Source: Betaproteobacteria bacterium
GTDB lineage: Bacteria > Pseudomonadota > Gammaproteobacteria > Burkholderiales > UBA6910
Assembly (NCBI GenBank): GCA_016183615.1
Contig: JACPEG010000029.1
Location: 8,012-72,011, forward strand
Direction: 5' to 3'
DNA length: 64,000 nucleotides
Shown piece by piece: positions 16,232 to 26,391 of this stretch. Position 1 is the first letter of the stretch; each line of letters begins with the position of its first letter. The translations under genes and the position numbers were made by a program. The notes under the pieces are model-generated. The model made no database searches and was not told where the DNA came from. It was given only the letters and a program-made list of their open reading frames with translations.

Positions 16232-17526
16232 CAAACCTTCTGGGAGGCGTAGAGCCCCCGCCCCAGGTCCTCGATGAGATCGTCCGGGTCCTCCAGCCCC
16301 ACCGAGAGGCGCACCGTGCCTTCGGTGATGCCGGCCGCCTTCAGCGCCTCCGCATCCATGCGGAAGTGGGTGGTGGTGGCGGGATGGATCACCAGCGACT
16401 TGGCGTCCCCCACGTTGGCGAGGTGCGAGAAAATCCGCAGCGACTCGATAAAGCGCCGCCCGGCAGCGCGCCCGCCCTTCAGGCTGAAGCTGAACACCGC
16501 GCCGCAGCCCCGCGGCAGCAGCTTCTTCGCCAGCTCGTGGTCCGGGTGCTCGGGGAGTTCCGGGTAGGACACCGACTCGACGGCCTCGTGGTTTTTGAGG
16601 AACGCGACGATTTTCCGGGTGTTGTCCACGTGGCGCTGCATCCGAAGCGGCAGCGTTTCGATGCCCTGGAGGATGTGAAACGCGGTGGTGGGCGCCATGC
16701 AGGCGCCGAAGTCCCGCAGCCCCTCGCGCCGGGCCCGCAGGATGAAGGCGCGGATGTCGGATTCCTCGGCGAAATCGAGGCCATGGAAGCCCTCGTAGCT
16801 CTCAGTGAGGGTGGCGAATTTCCCGGAAGCCTCCCAGTCGAACTTGCCGCCGTCCACCAGCAGCCCGCCCACCACCAGCCCGTGGCCCGAGAGGAACTTG
16901 GTGGCCGAGTGGAACACCAGATCGGCGCCGAGATCGAGGGACCGCTGCAGATAGGGCGTGGTGAAGGTGGCGTCCACCAGCAGCGGCAGCCCCGCCTCGT
17001 GGGCCACCTCCGCCACCCGCGGAATGTCCAGCACGTCGAGCCCGGGGTTGCCCAGGTTCTCGCCGAAGACGAGCCGGGTGTCGGGGCGGATCGCCTGGCG
17101 GAAGGCGTCCACGTCGCGGGGATCGACGAAGGTGGTCTCGATGCCGAAGCGCGGCAGGGTGTAGGTGAGCAGATTGTGGGAGCCGCCGTAGAGGGCCCGG
17201 GAAGCGACGACGTGGGAGCCGGCGCCCATCAGCGTGGCAATGGCGAGGTGCATCGCCGCCTGGCCGCTCGCCGTGGCAATGGCCCCGATGCCGCCCTCCA
17301 GCGCGGAAATGCGCTCCTCCAGCACGGCGCAGGTGGGATTGGAGATGCGCGAATACACGTGCCCCGCCCGCTCCAGGTTGAACAGCGCCGCCGCGTGGTC
17401 CGTGTCCTTGAACACGAAGGACGTGGTCTGATAGATGGGGGTCGCCCGGGCGCCGGTCGCCGGATCGGGCTGGGCGCCGGCGTGCAGGCTGAGCGTGTCG
17501 AAGTGCAGGTATCTGGGTCCGGCCAT
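16231..17526 (-). CDS. metY: O-acetylhomoserine aminocarboxypropyltransferase (sulfhydrylase), PLP-dependent
   Basis: 431 aa. HFDTLSLHAG...TPIYQTTSFVF...SATKFLSGHG (PLP lysine context), collinear with the MetY/Cys-Met metabolism family. Confidence 0.9.
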   Translation of the reverse strand: MAGPRYLHFDTLSLHAGAQPDPATGARATPIYQTTSFVFKDTDHAAALFNLERAGHVYSRISNPTCAVLEERISALEGGIGAIATASGQAAMHLAIATLMGAGSHVVASRALYGGSHNLLTYTLPRFGIETTFVDPRDVDAFRQAIRPDTRLVFGENLGNPGLDVLDIPRVAEVAHEAGLPLLVDATFTTPYLQRSLDLGADLVFHSATKFLSGHGLVVGGLLVDGGKFDWEASGKFATLTESYEGFHGLDFAEESDIRAFILRARREGLRDFGACMAPTTAFHILQGIETLPLRMQRHVDNTRKIVAFLKNHEAVESVSYPELPEHPDHELAKKLLPRGCGAVFSFSLKGGRAAGRRFIESLRIFSHLANVGDAKSLVIHPATTTHFRMDAEALKAAGITEGTVRLSVGLEDPDDLIEDLGRGLYASQKV

Positions 17527-17567
17527 GCGTTGCCTCCCTCGGGCGCAAGGAAGGGAGCATTTTAGTC

Positions 17568-17990
17568 GACCGGTGCGTGGGACGCACCCTACCCGTGACC
17601 TCGCGGGGTGCCGCAGGGTGCGCCCTGGGCACCAAATGCGGCGGCTGACCGGTGCGTGGGACGCACCCTACCCATGACCTCGCGGGGTGCCGTAGGGTGC
17701 GCCCTGCGCACCAAATGCGGCGGTTGACCGGTGCGTGGGACGCACCCTACCCGTGACCTCGCGGGGTGCCGTAGGGTGCGCCCTGGGCACCAAATGCGGC
17801 GGTTGACCGGTGCGTGGGACGCACCCTACCCATGACCTCGCGGGGTGCCGCAGGGTGCGCCCTGGGCACCAAATGCGGCGGCTGACCGGTGCGTGGGACG
17901 CACCCTACCCATGACCTCGCGGGGTGCCGTAGGGTGCGCCCTGGGCACCAAATGCGGCGGCTGACCGGTGCGTGGGACGCACCCTACCCA
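17568..17990. repeat. tandem array, 79-bp unit x about 5.35; each unit is an inverted pair of REP-like palindromes
   Basis: Unit starts at 17568, 17647, 17726, 17805, 17884 and 17963. Units differ at only four positions. No unique spacers. Confidence 0.95.
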
Positions 17991-18128
17991 GATTGAGCCG
18001 CAGTTGACCGGCGGGCACAGCCCGCCCTACTGGAGGCGCTCCGCGACGCCGGGCAACGAGCCGGACCGTAGGCCCCAATGCTATATTTGGCTGGATGAAC
18101 CGGCTTCTGGGACTCTTCGCGGTGTGGA

Positions 18129-19685
18129 TTACCGCCCTGCTCCCACCGGTTCCGCTTCATCGTTGAGCTTCTCGCGAAGCACGGTCTTAAGCACCTTGCC
18201 GTAGTTGTTCTTGGGAAGATCGTCCACGAAGCGGTATTCCTTGGGCCGCTTGAACCTTGCGATATTGCCCAGGCAGAGACGGTCCAGGTCGTCCCCGGAT
18301 ATATTCATTCCCGGCGCCGCAACCACGAAGGCCACCACCTCCTCTCCCCACTCGCGGCTCGGGCGCCCGACCACCGAAACCTCGCCCACTGCCGGGTGCC
18401 GCAACAATACTTCCTCGACCTCCCGCGGATAGATGTTCGAGCCCCCGCTGACGATCATGTCCCTGCATCGGTCTTTCAATGTCAGAAATCCATCCTTATC
18501 GAAGGCGCCCATGTCTCCCGTGTGCAACCAGCCGTTGCGGACCGTCGCGCTTGTCGCCTCCGGGTTCTGCCAATAGCCCTTCATCACCGTTTCTCCGCGC
18601 ACCAGCACCTCCCCCACTTCGCCGGCAGGCAGAGGCTTGCCCTCCTCATCGGCTACGCACACCTCGAGAATCGAATGGGCGACCCCGACCGATCCCAGGC
18701 GCTGCTCGTAACGGGGATGGGACGAGTCTCCGATGTGGAACTTCGACAGGAAAGTGATGGTCATGGGGCTCTCCCCCTGGCCGAAAATCTGCGCAAACCG
18801 GTTGCCCAGGACGTCGAGGCCGTCCTTGATGTCCTCCAGGTACATCGGCCCGCCCCCGTAGATGATCGTCTTGAGCCCTCGAAAGTCAGGCGCATGCTGC
18901 TTCGCGTAATCCACGAACCGCTTCACCATGGTGGGGGCCGCGAAGAACGACGCCCCTCGGTGAATCCTGCATAACTCGAACATCTCCTGGGGATCGAAAT
19001 GCCCGCTTGACGGAATCACCTGGTTCGCACCCTTGATCACGTGCGCGAAATTGCACATTCCCGACCCGTGAGACATCGGAGCCGCGTGGATGACGCAATC
19101 CTCCTGGTCGACCGAATCCACGTCCGCCAGATGGCAAAGCGCCATCAGGGCCAGGTTGCGATGGGTCAACATGGTTCCCTTGGGACGGCCGGTTGTTCCG
19201 CTGGTGTAGAACAGCCAGGCCACGTCATCCGGCGCACTGGCATGCATCGGCGCCGACCGGTCGCCGCGCTTCAGTATCCTGTATTCCTGCGATGAGACGT
19301 CGATGAGCCTGATGTGGGCATCGAACGACTCGTTTATGGCGGACAGGGATTCGCCGAATTCAGGCGATGTGAAGCAGTAACGCGCACCGGAGTTCAGGAG
19401 GATGAATTCGGCCTCTTTCGGGTGGAGCTTGGCATTGATCGGCACGACCGTCAGGCCCGCAAACCATGCGGCGTAAAGAATCTCGATATATTCGGGGCGG
19501 TTGCCCATGAACAATCCGACCCTCTCCCCCGGCTTGAGACCCAGCGCCTCCACGAACATGGAGCCCATTGCCGCGACATCCTGCGCCAGCTGCGCGTAGG
19601 TGCTCCAGGTCTGGTCCCCGTGTGCAATCGCCGGATTGTCCGGAAATACCCGGCCTGCCCTGACCAACAGGTTCGCCAGATTCAT
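18129..19685 (-). CDS. AMP-forming acyl-CoA synthetase / ligase (class I adenylate-forming)
   Basis: 518 aa. YTSGTTGRPKG AMP-binding motif, GEVLVRGETVMKGY, TGDMG...DRCRDMIVSGGSNIYP. Confidence 0.9.
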   Translation of the reverse strand: MNLANLLVRAGRVFPDNPAIAHGDQTWSTYAQLAQDVAAMGSMFVEALGLKPGERVGLFMGNRPEYIEILYAAWFAGLTVVPINAKLHPKEAEFILLNSGARYCFTSPEFGESLSAINESFDAHIRLIDVSSQEYRILKRGDRSAPMHASAPDDVAWLFYTSGTTGRPKGTMLTHRNLALMALCHLADVDSVDQEDCVIHAAPMSHGSGMCNFAHVIKGANQVIPSSGHFDPQEMFELCRIHRGASFFAAPTMVKRFVDYAKQHAPDFRGLKTIIYGGGPMYLEDIKDGLDVLGNRFAQIFGQGESPMTITFLSKFHIGDSSHPRYEQRLGSVGVAHSILEVCVADEEGKPLPAGEVGEVLVRGETVMKGYWQNPEATSATVRNGWLHTGDMGAFDKDGFLTLKDRCRDMIVSGGSNIYPREVEEVLLRHPAVGEVSVVGRPSREWGEEVVAFVVAAPGMNISGDDLDRLCLGNIARFKRPKEYRFVDDLPKNNYGKVLKTVLREKLNDEAEPVGAGR

Positions 19686-19727
19686 CGCTCCACCCCCTTT
19701 TCTGCAACCAGCGGCGGTCTCATCGGG

Positions 19728-20897
19728 TCACGCCCGCAGAGGCTCAAGAATGCTGACATAGTTGGCGACGGCTGCACCGCCCATGTTGAACACGGCCCCC
19801 AACGCCGCGTTGGGCACCTGGAACTTGCCCGCGCGGTTTGTCAGTTGCATCGCCGCCATGACATGCATCGAAACGCCCGTGGCCCCAATCGCGTGTCCCT
19901 TGGCCTTCAGCCCTCCCGACGGATTTACCGGCAGGCTGCCCCGTAGCGCCGTCCACCCTTCCAGAATCGCCCTCTCCCCCTGCCCGGCCGGGGTCAGCCC
20001 CATGGCTTCGTAGGTCAGCAGTTCGGCGATGGTGAAGCAGTCGTGCACCTCCGCGAAGCTCAGATCCCGAATCCCGATCTGCGCCTGCTCCATCGCCTTT
20101 TTCCACGCCAGCCTCGGCCCCTCGAAGTCGGACACGTCGCGCCGGCTCATGGGCAGAAAATCGTTCAGATGCCGGGCCGCGCGGAAAAAAACGGCTTTGC
20201 GCATGCCGAGGGCGGTGCGTACATCGCTCAATACGACGGCGGCCGCCCCGTCTGCCACCGTCGAGCAGTCGGTTTTTCTGAGAGGAGGCGCGACCACGGG
20301 GTTGGCCTCCGATACCGTTCTGCAGAAATCGAAACCCAGGTCCTTCTGGATATGAGCGTACGGGTTCAGCGATCCGTTGTAATGGTTCTTGGCCGCGATC
20401 TGCGCCAGCACGTCCGACTTGTCTCCGTGCTTGGCGTAGTACTGCTCCGCAATCAACGCAAAGATGCCGGGGAAAGTCATGCCCCGGTCCGCCTCTTCCG
20501 GCGTATAGCTCGCATTCGCGAGTACCCGCGTCACCTCTGTCCCGGGAACGGAGGTCATCTTCTCCGCTCCCACCACGAGCACCAGGCTTCCCTTCCCGGC
20601 CTCAATGTAATTGAGCCCCTGATAAACGGCCGCGGAGCCGCTGGCGCATGCATTCTCCAGGCGCGTGGCCGGCTTGAAGCGCAGGTCCGGATGGAACTGG
20701 AGAGGAAGCGAGGAGATGAAGTTCTGGGGAACCAGGCCCCCGTTCATGTTGCCGACGAATATGGCGTCGATGTCCCCGGGCTCGACCTCCGCGTCCCGGA
20801 TCGCCTCACCCACCGCCGAAACGATCAGGGATTCGAGGCTGTGCTTCTCCAGTCTTCCGAACCGGGTATGTCCCCACCCAACGATGCACGCCGTCAT
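19728..20897 (-). CDS. SCP-x-type thiolase-domain protein
   Basis: Start at MTACIVGWGHTRFG. Catalytic Cys context ENACASGSAAV, then C-terminal GHAIGATG and NMGGAAVANYVSILE. Confidence 0.85.
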   Translation of the reverse strand: MTACIVGWGHTRFGRLEKHSLESLIVSAVGEAIRDAEVEPGDIDAIFVGNMNGGLVPQNFISSLPLQFHPDLRFKPATRLENACASGSAAVYQGLNYIEAGKGSLVLVVGAEKMTSVPGTEVTRVLANASYTPEEADRGMTFPGIFALIAEQYYAKHGDKSDVLAQIAAKNHYNGSLNPYAHIQKDLGFDFCRTVSEANPVVAPPLRKTDCSTVADGAAAVVLSDVRTALGMRKAVFFRAARHLNDFLPMSRRDVSDFEGPRLAWKKAMEQAQIGIRDLSFAEVHDCFTIAELLTYEAMGLTPAGQGERAILEGWTALRGSLPVNPSGGLKAKGHAIGATGVSMHVMAAMQLTNRAGKFQVPNAALGAVFNMGGAAVANYVSILEPLRA

Positions 20898-21041
20898 GTC
20901 CTGTTCCCAAAGCGATGTGTGGTTCTCCGTGATTCCGCCCGGCGGTTGCTCCGGGGTCCCGGATTGGGCCCGTGCCGGACCCATCGCGTTCACCCGCCGC
21001 GCCCGGAGGGCACTGCCCTCCGGGCCTTCCGTTCACGGTGA

Positions 21042-22307
21042 CTAGCGGGCGACTGCCTCCAACTGGCCAAGCGAGATATCGTCCGGCTTGACGCCCTTCG
21101 GGTTGGAGCCCATGTTGCTCACCCAGGTCGTGGAGTGGTAACGCTTGAAGTCGATCACGTGCCCGGATACGGGGATCACCGACTTGTACCCGTCGTCCCC
21201 GACGGCAGGCCGGTTCTGGAAGATCATGAACTTCCAGAAGTCCCCCTTCTTGTCGAACATCTCTCCGAGATAGACCCGGGGAAACGTCACTTCCATGTAG
21301 ATCAGCTTCTTCCCGTAGGGATGCTCTTCCGGAGTGATCCCCTCGATGACGTAGACCTCGCGCGGCTCCCATTCCACGTTCTTGGGCCACCAGTAGGGGG
21401 CATTGTCGAGATCGATCAGCGGGAACTCTTCCTTGGTTCCCCGCTTCGAGACATCCACGCCCATCGGCTTGGTGTGGGCAATCACGAACACCGTGCGCTT
21501 GCCGAGAAGCTTGATGCTCTTGTACTTGGGCGGCGCCGCGTCCCAGATATCCCAGTCGTCGTAGAGCTGGTCGGTTCCCCCGATCGGATCCATCCAGGCA
21601 CCGCCGGAAAGCCGGCGGGTGCGGCGCACCGACTTCAGGTACGCCCAGGTGTCATCCGGCTTCAGTGCATCGTTGTAACGAACGGAAAACGTTCCCAGGC
21701 CGCGGATGTCCTGGGGCGTCACCGCGAACAGCGTGGTCTTGTGCTGAACCGCGCCGTCCCCGAGGACCACCGGCCCGCCGTCCAGCCGCCCCTCCAGGTA
21801 GACCCGCTGCGAGTGCCATCTCTGGACCCGCTCCAGGCCGCTCTTCCCGTCGAGGAACAGGAAGGCGAGTTCCTTGATGTCCAGAATGTGTCCATAGGTG
21901 GCCGCCCGGATGTTCCAGATTACCTTGTCCCCGGCTTGTGGATCCTTGAGGTCGATGGTCTCGGGCGGGAAAGGCATGCCCGCTTTCCACCCCTTGATGT
22001 CCCGGGTTTTCGGATCGAATACCACATCCTTGTGGTACTTTCGGGTCGCTTCGACATACTTCGGATCCATGTCGATCTTTTCGGAGTGCCTGATCTTCAT
22101 CTTGAATCCGTGGTTCTTGATCAGCCATTCCATCCGCTCGGTGATCATGCTGCCGACGGCCTTGCCTTCGAAAGTATCGTTCCTGATCTTGTCGAAGTTG
22201 TCCTTGCCGATGACGGTGCCGGCCGGCACTTCCGCGCCGAGCGCGCCGCCGACCGCCACGGCCAGTGCCACGCCGAGCGCACCCAGCGCGAACCTTTTGA
22301 CTGCCAT
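21042..22307 (-). CDS. DUF1329 family protein (LolA-like periplasmic / outer-membrane-associated)
   Basis: Signal peptide MAVKRFALGALGVALAVAVGGALG after GGAGGA. The body is collinear with DUF1329 proteins as recalled. Alternative start at 22334. Confidence 0.85.
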   Translation of the reverse strand: MAVKRFALGALGVALAVAVGGALGAEVPAGTVIGKDNFDKIRNDTFEGKAVGSMITERMEWLIKNHGFKMKIRHSEKIDMDPKYVEATRKYHKDVVFDPKTRDIKGWKAGMPFPPETIDLKDPQAGDKVIWNIRAATYGHILDIKELAFLFLDGKSGLERVQRWHSQRVYLEGRLDGGPVVLGDGAVQHKTTLFAVTPQDIRGLGTFSVRYNDALKPDDTWAYLKSVRRTRRLSGGAWMDPIGGTDQLYDDWDIWDAAPPKYKSIKLLGKRTVFVIAHTKPMGVDVSKRGTKEEFPLIDLDNAPYWWPKNVEWEPREVYVIEGITPEEHPYGKKLIYMEVTFPRVYLGEMFDKKGDFWKFMIFQNRPAVGDDGYKSVIPVSGHVIDFKRYHSTTWVSNMGSNPKGVKPDDISLGQLEAVAR

Positions 22308-22348
22308 TTGCTTCCTCCATTCATGCGTAATCATGTTTGTCTCCTGAA

Positions 22349-23911
22349 TCAAAATAACCGCGTCAGCCTGGCCACCAGCTGGCTGTTGTTCGCGAAATAG
22401 CCGAACAGCTGCACGTTGGGATTCGGGTCGAAGGGGACGCTGGCGGCTCCCTTCCTCCAGAAGATGTCGGCCTCCACCTTGAGGCGCCACTTGTCGCCAA
22501 AAACGAAGTCGACGCTCGGAATCAGGAATCCCCCGCCGTTCGTCAGATCGAAACCAACCGCGAGCCCGGGGTTGATGGTGTCCCCCTTGTAGTTCAGCAC
22601 GGTCCACGCGGTCAGAATCGTGCTGTGCTCCTTCAGCGGCGAGCCGTACGCGAACAGCCTTACCAGATCATCGGAGTCCTTGTGGTTCAGGACCCAGGTA
22701 TCGAAAAGCTGAACCGAGGACAGGGACGGCCGGTTGGTCCCGAGCACTCTTTCGAAATGAAGGTTCTTGTCGGCCCGGAGCATGGTCGACAGCACATTCT
22801 TCTTCTTGATGCCGCCAAGTCCCAGCCCGGCTGCCGCCCCCTGGGTCGGGGCCAGCAGCGGACCCTGGCCGACGTTGAACGGCTGATCCTTGATGTAGGC
22901 CGCCTCCGCGCTCAGCACCGCGTCCAGGCCCGCACTGTAGCCGCTGACCGTGGCGCCAAGGACGTCGATCTTCGGATGAATCAGGTCGAATACAGGTCCC
23001 GCGGGGGCCTTCAGGAAGGGCGCAAACGCGGAGTTCGCCACCGGGTCCGCAGAGAATGTCCTCAAATACGCCACCGAGTAGTTGACGGGCCCGGCTTCCG
23101 CCGACCAGCGAATCCCACCCGTGACATCCCGGTAGTCGCCGTCCGGGTGTTCGCAGTCCTTGGCGGTAAAGGCCGTCAGATCGAATCCGCGATAGGGCTG
23201 GAAGAACCATCGCCCGCCCCGGATGTCGTAGGTGTTGCCGATGTCCTTGCAAGGATCCAGCCCGGGGCGAATGTAGCCGTGAATCTGGCCCTTGGCCTCC
23301 GGTACCTGGAGCCTGGCGCTCATCAGCACCAACGGCTTTCGCCATTCCTCGTTTTCCCCCTCGAAGAACAACCGCCAGCTCAGGTCATAGCCATGGACCA
23401 GATCCATGGCGTGAAAAAAGTCCGACTCGCCCCAGACAATCTGCTGCTTGCCGAGCCTGATGCTTAGGCGGTCGGTGGGGTTGAAATCGACATAGGCCTC
23501 CCGCAGCTCCGCCTGGTTGTAGTTATCCATGATGTTGGGGTCGTCCCCGCCAAGCGTCCCGGTGGTCGCCCTCAGGGCCTCGAGATCCTTCAGATAACTG
23601 GTCTTGTATTCCCGGTCGAGTCGTGCAATCGCCTTCCATTTCGCCGGTCCGGTCTTGAGGTCTGCGTCCAGCAAAACCGAGCCGCGGATCATCGATGGCT
23701 TGTACCGATCGTCGCCCGCCGTCTCCGGGATATCCTGGAGATTCATGGAAACCCAGCCACGAGCGTAACCTCCCAGGTGGAAGTTCTCCTCGGCGCCGCC
23801 AATACCGGCCTCCTTTTCGGCCGCATAGACCCCCTGCCACCCCAGCCCCAACGCCGCCAGGGCGAGGCCGGTCGCACTCATCCTCAGTCTGTGCCCACAT
23901 CGTTTCGCCAT
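22349..23911 (-). CDS. DUF1302 family protein (predicted outer-membrane beta-barrel)
   Basis: Start at MAKRCGHRLRMSATGLALAALGLGWQGVYA after AGGAGGAG. Ends in an aromatic residue (…ARLTRLF), typical of OM barrels. Confidence 0.8.
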   Translation of the reverse strand: MAKRCGHRLRMSATGLALAALGLGWQGVYAAEKEAGIGGAEENFHLGGYARGWVSMNLQDIPETAGDDRYKPSMIRGSVLLDADLKTGPAKWKAIARLDREYKTSYLKDLEALRATTGTLGGDDPNIMDNYNQAELREAYVDFNPTDRLSIRLGKQQIVWGESDFFHAMDLVHGYDLSWRLFFEGENEEWRKPLVLMSARLQVPEAKGQIHGYIRPGLDPCKDIGNTYDIRGGRWFFQPYRGFDLTAFTAKDCEHPDGDYRDVTGGIRWSAEAGPVNYSVAYLRTFSADPVANSAFAPFLKAPAGPVFDLIHPKIDVLGATVSGYSAGLDAVLSAEAAYIKDQPFNVGQGPLLAPTQGAAAGLGLGGIKKKNVLSTMLRADKNLHFERVLGTNRPSLSSVQLFDTWVLNHKDSDDLVRLFAYGSPLKEHSTILTAWTVLNYKGDTINPGLAVGFDLTNGGGFLIPSVDFVFGDKWRLKVEADIFWRKGAASVPFDPNPNVQLFGYFANNSQLVARLTRLF

Positions 23912-23970
23912 GCTCGCTCCTCCTATGATTTGGTGTCGTGATGCCCGTCTACCGATAGCGCGATCTTCTT

Positions 23971-26373
23971 TCACCTTGCCGCCTGCGCCTCCGCCGGCTG
24001 CTGCATCAAGCCGCTCTCTGCCTGGTCAACCGGATGGCGCCGACCCCCGACCACAAACTCCGGGCGGAACACGTAAACCATCGCCGGCATGACGAAAAGG
24101 GCGGCGAACGCGGAGAACGAGAGCCAAAGGGCGATCAGAGTCCCCATGTCCGCCTGCAGCCGCAGCGAGGAGAATGACCAGAGCACCACGCTTGCGATCA
24201 GCGTGACTGCCGTGATCAACACGCCCTTGCCGGCGCCGAGGATGGACTGCTCGATGGCTTTCTCGATATTCGCGCCGCGATGCAGGTTTTCCCGGATCCC
24301 GTCGACGATATAGAACGAGTAGTCGACGCCCAGGCCGATTCCCAGGGCCACCACCGGCAGCGTGTTGATGTTCATGCCGATGCCCTTCCACGCCATGTAA
24401 CTGAAAGTGAGCGTGTTCGACAGCACCACCGGCAGCATGAAGAAGATCCCGGCAATCGTTGACCGGTAGGTCACCGTACAGCAGATCACCAGCACCAGCA
24501 GCGCCAGCGCGATGGCCTCGATCTGGCCGGCGAGGATCACCTCGTTGGCTGCCGCCAGGACCCCGATGAGTCCTCCCGCGAGCAGGTACCCGCCTTCGGC
24601 GATGGGATTTTTGGCGACATACTCCTTCACTCGCGCGACCGCGGTCCTGATGGTCTCCCCCTGGTGGTCGCGGAAAAACAGGGTTACCGCACCATTGCGG
24701 GCATAGGAATCGGCGAACCGGTCCATGTCCCCGGGATCGGACCCGGAGACGAACATGTACATCAGTTCTCCGTTCTCGTTGGCACTGCTGCCGAGTTCTC
24801 CGTACCTTGGATTCCCCTCGCGCAACACTCTCTTGACCGCCGGCAGGATGTCGACAAGGGAAATGGTGCCGCCGATCTCCGGCTGCGCCTCCATGTATTT
24901 CTGGAACCGCGCCATGCTGTCCAGCACGGCGGGTTGCTTGAGCGCCCCTTCCTGCTTCCCGGCGACGACCACGAACATCCGGTCGGATCCCTGGAACTTC
25001 TGATTGATGGCCGTCGCATCCCGGTTGTAGCTCGAATCCGGCCACAGGATCGGAGAGCCCGGGTTCGCGTCGCCGACCTTCAGGCGGAACGCGTAGATTC
25101 CGGAAACCACGAAAACCACGGCGGTTCCGGCCAGCACGCCGTAGCGCCAGCGCGTCGTCACCACCCTGATCCCGAGCCGGAGCACCTTTTCAATCGCCCA
25201 GCCGACCTCGATGGGATGAACCGGCGGCCTCCCGGGCTTCACCCATGACAATAGGGCCGGCGTCAGAACCAGGGCGCTCAGCAGAATCGAACAAATCCAT
25301 ACTGCGCCGATGTAGGAGATCTTTTGCAGCATCGGAATCGGCGTGAGCGCGACCACGATCACGCAGCCTGCGTCGGCGACCACGGCCAGCACGCTCGGCT
25401 TTATCAGATTCGACAGGCTCGCCCGGCTGGCGGCCGCCGCCGAGGTCGCGCCGGCCGCAACCTCGTCGTCGAACCGGTTGACGAGCTGCACCGAATTGGA
25501 GATCGCCTGGGCCGTGATCAGGAACGCGACCACGATGATGAGCGGGTCCAGATGGAAGCCCATCAGTCGCGCTGCCCCGAGGGCGATCAGCGCACTCGCT
25601 ACTCCGGTGATCAGCGGCAGGACCATGCCGTGCCAGGACCGCGTGATGATCAGCAGCAGCAGCATCAGCGCGCCCACGGTAAGCACGAAGATATGGAGGG
25701 TTTCCGGCAGGTAATGCACGACCAGCCCGTAGAGAATCGGCTCCCCGACGACCCGGATGGTCACCCCGTCCCCCTGGGCCTTCTCAGCGATGGCCGAGAT
25801 CTGCTTGAACGCTGTTGTGTAGTTGACCAGGTGATCGTAGAAATCCACCGTGATCAGTGTCCCCTTCAGGTCAGTGGAAACGTACGCCCCATATACGAGC
25901 GGGTTATTGAGCACCGCTTCCTTCAGGTGCGCCACTTCCTGGTCGTTCCTGGGGAGCGCGGGCCACATCAGGGGGCGCGACTCGATTCCCTCGGTGGAGG
26001 CCCGCACCTCTTTGAGCTTCTTGGACGCCAGAGACACAATCTGGTAGGGGTCCACGGCATCCACCTTGGCCAGGGCCTGGGTGATCTGCTGGACCTTTCT
26101 CAGCACGGCGAGATTGAATACGTCGCCCTTTTCCACCTCCAGCATGATGCTCACCATGTTGGAGCCGCCGAAGGTGGGGGCGAATTGCTTGTTGACCTTG
26201 ATGTACGGATGGTTCTGCGGAAGCATGTCGCTGAACACGGTCTTCACCTCTATTCGGGCTGCGAGTGCGCCCATCACGGCGGTGAATACCGCGACCAGCA
26301 CCACGACCGCGATCCGGTGCCGGATCAGCGCCTCGACCAGATATTCCAGCTTCCTGAACGTGAAGTTCCTCAT
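23971..26373 (-). CDS. RND-superfamily (MMPL/HpnN-like) transporter
   Basis: 800 aa. Two blocks of about 6 hydrophobic helices, each preceded by a large soluble loop. The stop overlaps the DUF1302 region. Confidence 0.85.
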   Translation of the reverse strand: MRNFTFRKLEYLVEALIRHRIAVVVLVAVFTAVMGALAARIEVKTVFSDMLPQNHPYIKVNKQFAPTFGGSNMVSIMLEVEKGDVFNLAVLRKVQQITQALAKVDAVDPYQIVSLASKKLKEVRASTEGIESRPLMWPALPRNDQEVAHLKEAVLNNPLVYGAYVSTDLKGTLITVDFYDHLVNYTTAFKQISAIAEKAQGDGVTIRVVGEPILYGLVVHYLPETLHIFVLTVGALMLLLLIITRSWHGMVLPLITGVASALIALGAARLMGFHLDPLIIVVAFLITAQAISNSVQLVNRFDDEVAAGATSAAAASRASLSNLIKPSVLAVVADAGCVIVVALTPIPMLQKISYIGAVWICSILLSALVLTPALLSWVKPGRPPVHPIEVGWAIEKVLRLGIRVVTTRWRYGVLAGTAVVFVVSGIYAFRLKVGDANPGSPILWPDSSYNRDATAINQKFQGSDRMFVVVAGKQEGALKQPAVLDSMARFQKYMEAQPEIGGTISLVDILPAVKRVLREGNPRYGELGSSANENGELMYMFVSGSDPGDMDRFADSYARNGAVTLFFRDHQGETIRTAVARVKEYVAKNPIAEGGYLLAGGLIGVLAAANEVILAGQIEAIALALLVLVICCTVTYRSTIAGIFFMLPVVLSNTLTFSYMAWKGIGMNINTLPVVALGIGLGVDYSFYIVDGIRENLHRGANIEKAIEQSILGAGKGVLITAVTLIASVVLWSFSSLRLQADMGTLIALWLSFSAFAALFVMPAMVYVFRPEFVVGGRRHPVDQAESGLMQQPAEAQAAR

Positions 26374-26391
26374 GATCGTCCGCTCCGCTCC

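Noticed and set aside
17568-17990. Regularly spaced repeats that could be taken for a CRISPR array
   Set aside because: The whole 79-bp period is repeated nearly identically, so there are no unique spacers. The repeat is an inverted REP doublet that also occurs singly at 13870, and no cas genes are present in the window.
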